Virus record (IMG/VR): IMGVR_UViG_3300025387_000009
DNA length: 64,000 bases
From: a virus
Lineage: Duplodnaviria; Caudoviricetes
Reading direction: 5' to 3' (one strand)
The notes below the pieces were generated by a model. That model did no database searches, was not told where the DNA came from, and saw only the letters and a program-made list of their open reading frames with translations. The position numbers and the translations under genes were made by a program. How positions within the stretch are numbered: position 1 is the stretch's first letter; each line of letters opens with the position of its first letter. Of this stretch, positions 58,759 to 64,000 are shown piece after piece.

Positions 58759-58764
58759 TAAACA

Positions 58765-59166
58765 ATGAAGCATCCAAAGTTAAAATTTAGATATGCAGAG
58801 GGATTAGGAGATGTAGTAGCTTGTGTACTGCATTCTAAATTAATTGGGTGGTTAACAAAAATTATTACCAAAAGCGACACGCCTTGCAAAACTTGCTCAG
58901 CAAGAGCTTTTGCACTTAATATATTAGTGCCAATTCCAGTTTGGAGATTGTTCTTTAAAGATAAAGATGCCTTTTTAGATGCTTTAAAAGGCGAAGGTGT
59001 CGATATACGCAAAATTGCTCATAAACAAGAACAAATTAAAAAAATTTCTAATAAACCAAATTTACCTAAAGTAGAAATCGATCCAACTGATTATAAACTT
59101 TATTCAAAGGTTGATAATCAACTGGGAGATTATTTAATAAGAACCTTAACCTATGTTAAAAAATAA
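58765..59166 (+). CDS. Hypothetical protein with a GLGD...CxxC...R...LN motif
   Basis: GLGDVVACVLH...PCKTCSARAFALN. Confidence 0.65.
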   Translation: MKHPKLKFRYAEGLGDVVACVLHSKLIGWLTKIITKSDTPCKTCSARAFALNILVPIPVWRLFFKDKDAFLDALKGEGVDIRKIAHKQEQIKKISNKPNLPKVEIDPTDYKLYSKVDNQLGDYLIRTLTYVKK

Positions 59167-59169
59167 TTT

Positions 59170-59631
59170 ATGGAAATAGAAATAATACAAGTAAAGTCAC
59201 AAGAAGACCCAGTAGATCCAACACGCCATTTTGGTATCTTTCTTAAAAAAATTAATACATTAATTCATATGTGTCATTGGTACTCTAATGATTACCAAGT
59301 TCATAAAATTTTAGGTAAATTATATGAAGATTTAGATGAGTTATTTGACACTTTACAAGAGGAGATTATTGGCACATCAAGAGTTCAAAACATAAAATTT
59401 CCAATGTTTGTCACCAATATTGATATTAATAATATAGATCAATTCAAAGGTAATGCTCAAGATATAGTTAATACGTATAATAAAACTAATGAGATAGTTC
59501 AAAATATTCTCACTTCTCTTGAGTTTAACAATTACATAACATCAGTAAAATCTGGTATTAATAATACCAGAGATGATATCTTAACAAAATTTAACAGAGC
59601 AAATTATTTATTGTCTCTTGTTAATATATAG
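59170..59631 (+). CDS. Ferritin/Dps-like four-helix protein (DUF5856-like)
   Basis: HMCHWYSNDYQVHKILGKLYEDLDELFDTLQEEIIG resembles the Dps HW...H...D...E ferroxidase region. Confidence 0.7.
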   Translation: MEIEIIQVKSQEDPVDPTRHFGIFLKKINTLIHMCHWYSNDYQVHKILGKLYEDLDELFDTLQEEIIGTSRVQNIKFPMFVTNIDINNIDQFKGNAQDIVNTYNKTNEIVQNILTSLEFNNYITSVKSGINNTRDDILTKFNRANYLLSLVNI

Positions 59632-62600
59632 AATATTTATTGTTTAAATATTCTTCGATTTGTTGTCTTTCGGAATCTGTTAATGCACGATTGTAGAATA
59701 TAATTTCCGATATACTACAATTAGTTGTTAAAGCATTCTGAATGTAAGAACCAATATAAAAACCACCCGTTGACGCTAAAGGCGCATCAAAGTAATTTGC
59801 ACTATCTGACGGAACAAGTGTCCCTTTGTTATCAGCAAACAGAGTTCCGTTTATGTATACTTCAGCATAAGGCTGGCTAAACACGGTTTCAAATAGATAT
59901 AAATTACTTGTCGGAGGATAGAAAGTATTATTATAATATCCATAATAATCTGTTAATTCTATATAAGGTATGTTTATTGCAGAAGTTGGACTATATCCAC
60001 CTTGGGTATTACCAAAAACAAAGTTAAAATCGTTATATTTTTGACTGAATACCAATGCACCATCACTCACATATTTAAGATCTGCCGAGCTTAAATATGT
60101 TCCAAAAGCTGCAATAACTTGATAGTTATCAAACGAATATAAATTATTAGCATTAGCATACGCACCAACTACAAACATTGTTACTTCGCTATTATTAAGA
60201 TTATACAAGTTATGCATGTTACTAGATACACCAAAGTTTACTGTTGGCATTCCATTAAAGGAGCTTAAAACTGGTGATCCTATATCTGTTACCAAATAGT
60301 TATTTTTACCGCTGCGATCAATCCATTTTGCAACAGTATCGCCTAAATTTGTTGCAAAGGTGTCAGGAAGGAATGGATTGGTTGTATTAACAGTATTGAC
60401 TACACCATAATCAGCGGAGAACCACATGTATAAACCATCCAAATCAACTGGAGAAAATTGTTTATAGATACCATAATCATTACCGAAAACATCGGTTCTC
60501 CAATTATTAAGATTACCCATGTTAGTTAATAATTTTTCTTTTCTTTGTGTGTATTCTGAAGGAGGTAATTCTTTAATAAAATTTAATGGATAGTTTGTTG
60601 TATCATTCCATATTTCAATTCCATTTTTATTTGGTGTCCAAAATTCAACTACGTCATTTTGTCGTGCTAAACCATAATAATTTTTTTGGTATATTTCGTA
60701 ACTGGTTTGATAAGGAGTTAATTTTTGATTCTCTAAAACATCAGTCATTACACCAGCCTTAGATGCAGAGCTATAAGGTTCATATATCCAACCATTGGAT
60801 ATATCAGTTATCATTGTTGGTGTTATTTGATCCTTTTTAGTGAGACCACGCTGACGAGGTCCGTACTTTCCTAAATCCAAGAACATTCTTTCGGCACTTA
60901 TTGAATCGATATATGTTAAAGAACTATTATCCAACTCAATTGTATAACCTCTTCCACGGAAGAAAGACGTTCCTAATTTTTCAGGTAAAAGATATTCACC
61001 AACTTGTTTATCTGTTACTGCATTTGATGGTAATGAAACTGTTGCAACTGTTGGATAATGAACGTTATCTAAATGTGCATATGGTTCTGCTGGTTGAATC
61101 GTAATAGCTGTGTTATAGGTAACAAAACTAGTTAAACATCTATCTATATAATAAAGATCTTCATTATATTGAAATGAATTTAATGCGTAATAATTGTAAT
61201 ATGCAGGTTTAAATTGAGAATAACTCTCAAGTGTCATTTCACTTGCAATATTGGTATCATAAATAATACCGTCAAATTTATTAGTTCTTAAGAAATCAGC
61301 TAAATTAGAATAACTTTCACTAAAATTTAATTGATTCCATTGATAGGATGAAATCAATACATTAAAGGTTAAAGGTTGATTCCATATAATTTGATCTGGT
61401 GAATTTCTAACGTATTGAATATTGTCACCAGCATTTAATACCATTGATGATATTTCGGGTTGATGGAAAGGAACATAATCATTAAAGAATCTGACCTGCC
61501 CACCTAATGCCATTGTACCTTTATAAAAATTATTAAGAGCATCTGGTGAAGTATAAACATTTGCCCAGAAAGGTCTACCGCCATACGAGTCGCCTTTATT
61601 ATTTGTATCAAATGTATTGGTTGTGTAATCCCATCCATCAAGTTTAACATTCATCATGAATGAAATTGAAGGTTGTGCAAAGTTAGCATATGGATTTGTT
61701 GGACATGTATAACTTGTTGAACCTCTGTGGTTATACATTATAAAATCACCAGCACTGATAACCATATCGGATAGTTCATAAGTAGATTTCCAATTACCAG
61801 TTGAATCTTTAATTGCTTTATACCACATCGGTTTGACAGATATAGAATAGCCTAGTTTTTGAGAAATATATTCAGCGAAATTATCTGTATTGCCGTCACC
61901 GGATTTCAAATAACTTTCCAAATCAAAATAGTAATCATTTGAAGTAGAAATTTGTTTAATTAAATCATTTGAACTTGATAAGTCTCCAATATTAATTCCA
62001 TAAATCTCTATTCCTTGTTGTATTAAATTATTAGCAAAATTACTTGCGCTGGATAAATTATTCGTAAGAACCGAATACTCGTTTGAGTTTGAATCTAAAT
62101 AAACGTTTTCTAACCCATCACTAAAAATTAATATTTTTGATTTAGAATTATTTGGGTTTGTTACATATTGCGGATTATTAAGATATGTAGGTTGACCATA
62201 TGTTTCCTCATATAAATAAAAATTTAAATTATTACATATCGATGCAATTGTATTGGTTGAACTAGTTGAGAACGTATTTGTATTTCCTTGTTGTGTTGTT
62301 AACAATGTTTGTGCAATCGATAATGCACCCGCAATATTTGTTTGATATTGTGAAGGGTCATGAGAAACATAAACACCTTGGCTTACAAATAATTCTAAAT
62401 TTGAATAGTTATTTGTAAGATAACTTAAACGTGATTGATTTGTTCCAAAGGTTACAACACTTACTTGTATTGTTGGTGGTGTAAAATTAGGATTTATAGC
62501 AACATTATTATTATTGTTTAGTATTTTATCAATAACAGAAATCACAATCGATTTCATGTTTTCAATATTATTACTTTCAGATCTACTAACGTCTAATAAT

Positions 62601-64000
62601 ATTACTACATCGTAATTTTCAGGACTTTGATATAATCCTTTAATATTCTGATATTGATAATTTGATACAAAATACGGCGGGGTTGCGTTACTAGTATAGT
62701 CTGCTCTTAAAGATGTTCTGTAATAAGTGTAACGTCTGCCAGTTTTTAATATAAATGGATCTCCACTACCAGTTTTCCATGTACCTTCGCCGAATCCAAC
62801 CTGACTATCTCCATTTTGTAATTGGAAGAATGCAAACTGTGGACTGTTATTTGCATCAAAACCTCTGGTATCAGTCCAGCTATTTAAACTGAAATTTATG
62901 CCTAATCCCTGTGGGTCAGCAAAAAGATAATCAGCTATTCCATTATAATCAAGAACACTATTACCATAGTTACCAATAGGTGAATAGTTTACGGAATGGC
63001 AAATACATTTACTCCAAGTATCATTAATATTAATTGGATTTGGATTCTGGTAATCTTGGTCAGAATATAAATCATTAGGCATTGATTTGCCATAAGGACA
63101 CGTTGGAAGATGCTCAACATATTTAAATACATTGTCAGCTGGTGTATCAGCATCACACCATATAAATGAAATTCTGTCTCCGCCATTTGCTATAAAAGAA
63201 CAAGATGGTTGTACGCTACCTACAACGGGTAAAGAACAGTTTGTAGCTGGCGAATCATAAACATTAATTGAATTTGCTATTATATCTAAACCAGAAACTA
63301 CACCGGAACCGAGCCAAGCCGCTTCCATTGGATCGCCAGTTTTACTATTAAGCTTATAAATTACATCAGCATTGTTAACATTAGTTCCAGCAACAGCACC
63401 AACCATTGCATACATTGGATTTATATCACCTAATGTTATAGGTAAACAATAATTGCTTGTTATTGTTATAGGATTGTTGTCATTTGCGGCATCAAACGTG
63501 TGGATGGGCCAATGTATCGTAGTAGACCCAGCTTGAATTGGGATATCAGTTCTTTCAAATCTATAAAGATATGCCTGTTCTATTCCTCCGTATTTAAACT
63601 CACTGTAATTATTAATATTATTTGAAATTTTGAATTTCTTTACGATATTATCTGCATCAGGTGAAAACTGAGCAGATGAAGCATTAGTAGTATCAATTAT
63701 ATTTGTTTGATTTAAATAAATTGGATTACAACTTGTTAAAGGTGTAGCGGCTGAATAATAAGCATTTAATGCATCGACTTTTATTTGTGGCGCAACATTT
63801 GCTAATTGACTATTGCTGTATGTATCATTTATATAAAAATCATTAAATGTTAGTGATTTTGAATTTAGTAAAAGACCTGGAAACGGAAAGATAAATTCTC
63901 TTGTTGCGCCACCATCAATAGTAGCAACCATATCGGCTTTTACCGTTTGATTATGAGGACCCTGCAACCAAGCACCCTCAAGCACACCGTTTTTATCTGT
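59621..64000 (-). CDS. Large structural protein (5' truncated by window end) with a vWA domain and a C-terminal LamG-like domain
   Basis: Frame stays open to base 64000 (TDKNGVLEG...). MIDAS-like VILLDVSRSES...QTNIAGAL...LIFSDG; C-terminal LYMWFSAD...WIDRSGKNN...SEIIFYNRALT. Confidence 0.8.
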   Translation of the reverse strand, partial: TDKNGVLEGAWLQGPHNQTVKADMVATIDGGATREFIFPFPGLLLNSKSLTFNDFYINDTYSNSQLANVAPQIKVDALNAYYSAATPLTSCNPIYLNQTNIIDTTNASSAQFSPDADNIVKKFKISNNINNYSEFKYGGIEQAYLYRFERTDIPIQAGSTTIHWPIHTFDAANDNNPITITSNYCLPITLGDINPMYAMVGAVAGTNVNNADVIYKLNSKTGDPMEAAWLGSGVVSGLDIIANSINVYDSPATNCSLPVVGSVQPSCSFIANGGDRISFIWCDADTPADNVFKYVEHLPTCPYGKSMPNDLYSDQDYQNPNPININDTWSKCICHSVNYSPIGNYGNSVLDYNGIADYLFADPQGLGINFSLNSWTDTRGFDANNSPQFAFFQLQNGDSQVGFGEGTWKTGSGDPFILKTGRRYTYYRTSLRADYTSNATPPYFVSNYQYQNIKGLYQSPENYDVVILLDVSRSESNNIENMKSIVISVIDKILNNNNNVAINPNFTPPTIQVSVVTFGTNQSRLSYLTNNYSNLELFVSQGVYVSHDPSQYQTNIAGALSIAQTLLTTQQGNTNTFSTSSTNTIASICNNLNFYLYEETYGQPTYLNNPQYVTNPNNSKSKILIFSDGLENVYLDSNSNEYSVLTNNLSSASNFANNLIQQGIEIYGINIGDLSSSNDLIKQISTSNDYYFDLESYLKSGDGNTDNFAEYISQKLGYSISVKPMWYKAIKDSTGNWKSTYELSDMVISAGDFIMYNHRGSTSYTCPTNPYANFAQPSISFMMNVKLDGWDYTTNTFDTNNKGDSYGGRPFWANVYTSPDALNNFYKGTMALGGQVRFFNDYVPFHQPEISSMVLNAGDNIQYVRNSPDQIIWNQPLTFNVLISSYQWNQLNFSESYSNLADFLRTNKFDGIIYDTNIASEMTLESYSQFKPAYYNYYALNSFQYNEDLYYIDRCLTSFVTYNTAITIQPAEPYAHLDNVHYPTVATVSLPSNAVTDKQVGEYLLPEKLGTSFFRGRGYTIELDNSSLTYIDSISAERMFLDLGKYGPRQRGLTKKDQITPTMITDISNGWIYEPYSSASKAGVMTDVLENQKLTPYQTSYEIYQKNYYGLARQNDVVEFWTPNKNGIEIWNDTTNYPLNFIKELPPSEYTQRKEKLLTNMGNLNNWRTDVFGNDYGIYKQFSPVDLDGLYMWFSADYGVVNTVNTTNPFLPDTFATNLGDTVAKWIDRSGKNNYLVTDIGSPVLSSFNGMPTVNFGVSSNMHNLYNLNNSEVTMFVVGAYANANNLYSFDNYQVIAAFGTYLSSADLKYVSDGALVFSQKYNDFNFVFGNTQGGYSPTSAINIPYIELTDYYGYYNNTFYPPTSNLYLFETVFSQPYAEVYINGTLFADNKGTLVPSDSANYFDAPLASTGGFYIGSYIQNALTTNCSISEIIFYNRALTDSERQQIEEYLNNKYSIY

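Noticed and set aside
1-64000. Alternative genetic code (stop-codon reassignment)
   Set aside because: Core genes are full length under code 11, coding density is high, and TAA, TAG and TGA all end genes

Overview
This AT-rich window is the virion-morphogenesis region of a large T4-like myophage (Caudoviricetes). It holds a rearranged head/neck module (portal gp20, gp15, gp13, gp4, gp21, gp22, major capsid gp23, and an inverted probable small terminase), an isolated clamp-loader subunit, and baseplate genes gp25 and gp6. More than half of the window encodes very large fibre/adhesin proteins in two clusters (about 0.1-12 kb and 27-64 kb). Main observations: (1) at least six fibre genes are built from one shared kit of modules (a 27-aa Ser/Asn/Trp coiled-coil repeat, 15-aa Gly/Cys beta-roll repeats, a TYVNN(L/I)SSQG neck, GNVGIGT modules), and two of them, 40 kb apart, share an exact 90-bp segment; (2) two sulfotransferases and a GT9-like glycosyltransferase sit among the virion genes, suggesting sulfated-glycan decoration; (3) a TAA(A/G)TA late-promoter-like motif lies 5-11 nt before many start codons, and sigma70-like promoters lie 6-7 nt before others, suggesting largely leaderless expression; (4) three tandem paralogs could form a heterotrimeric fibre. 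No tRNA, rRNA, CRISPR array, integrase, transposase or reverse transcriptase was seen. All family assignments come from motif recognition by eye, not database searches.
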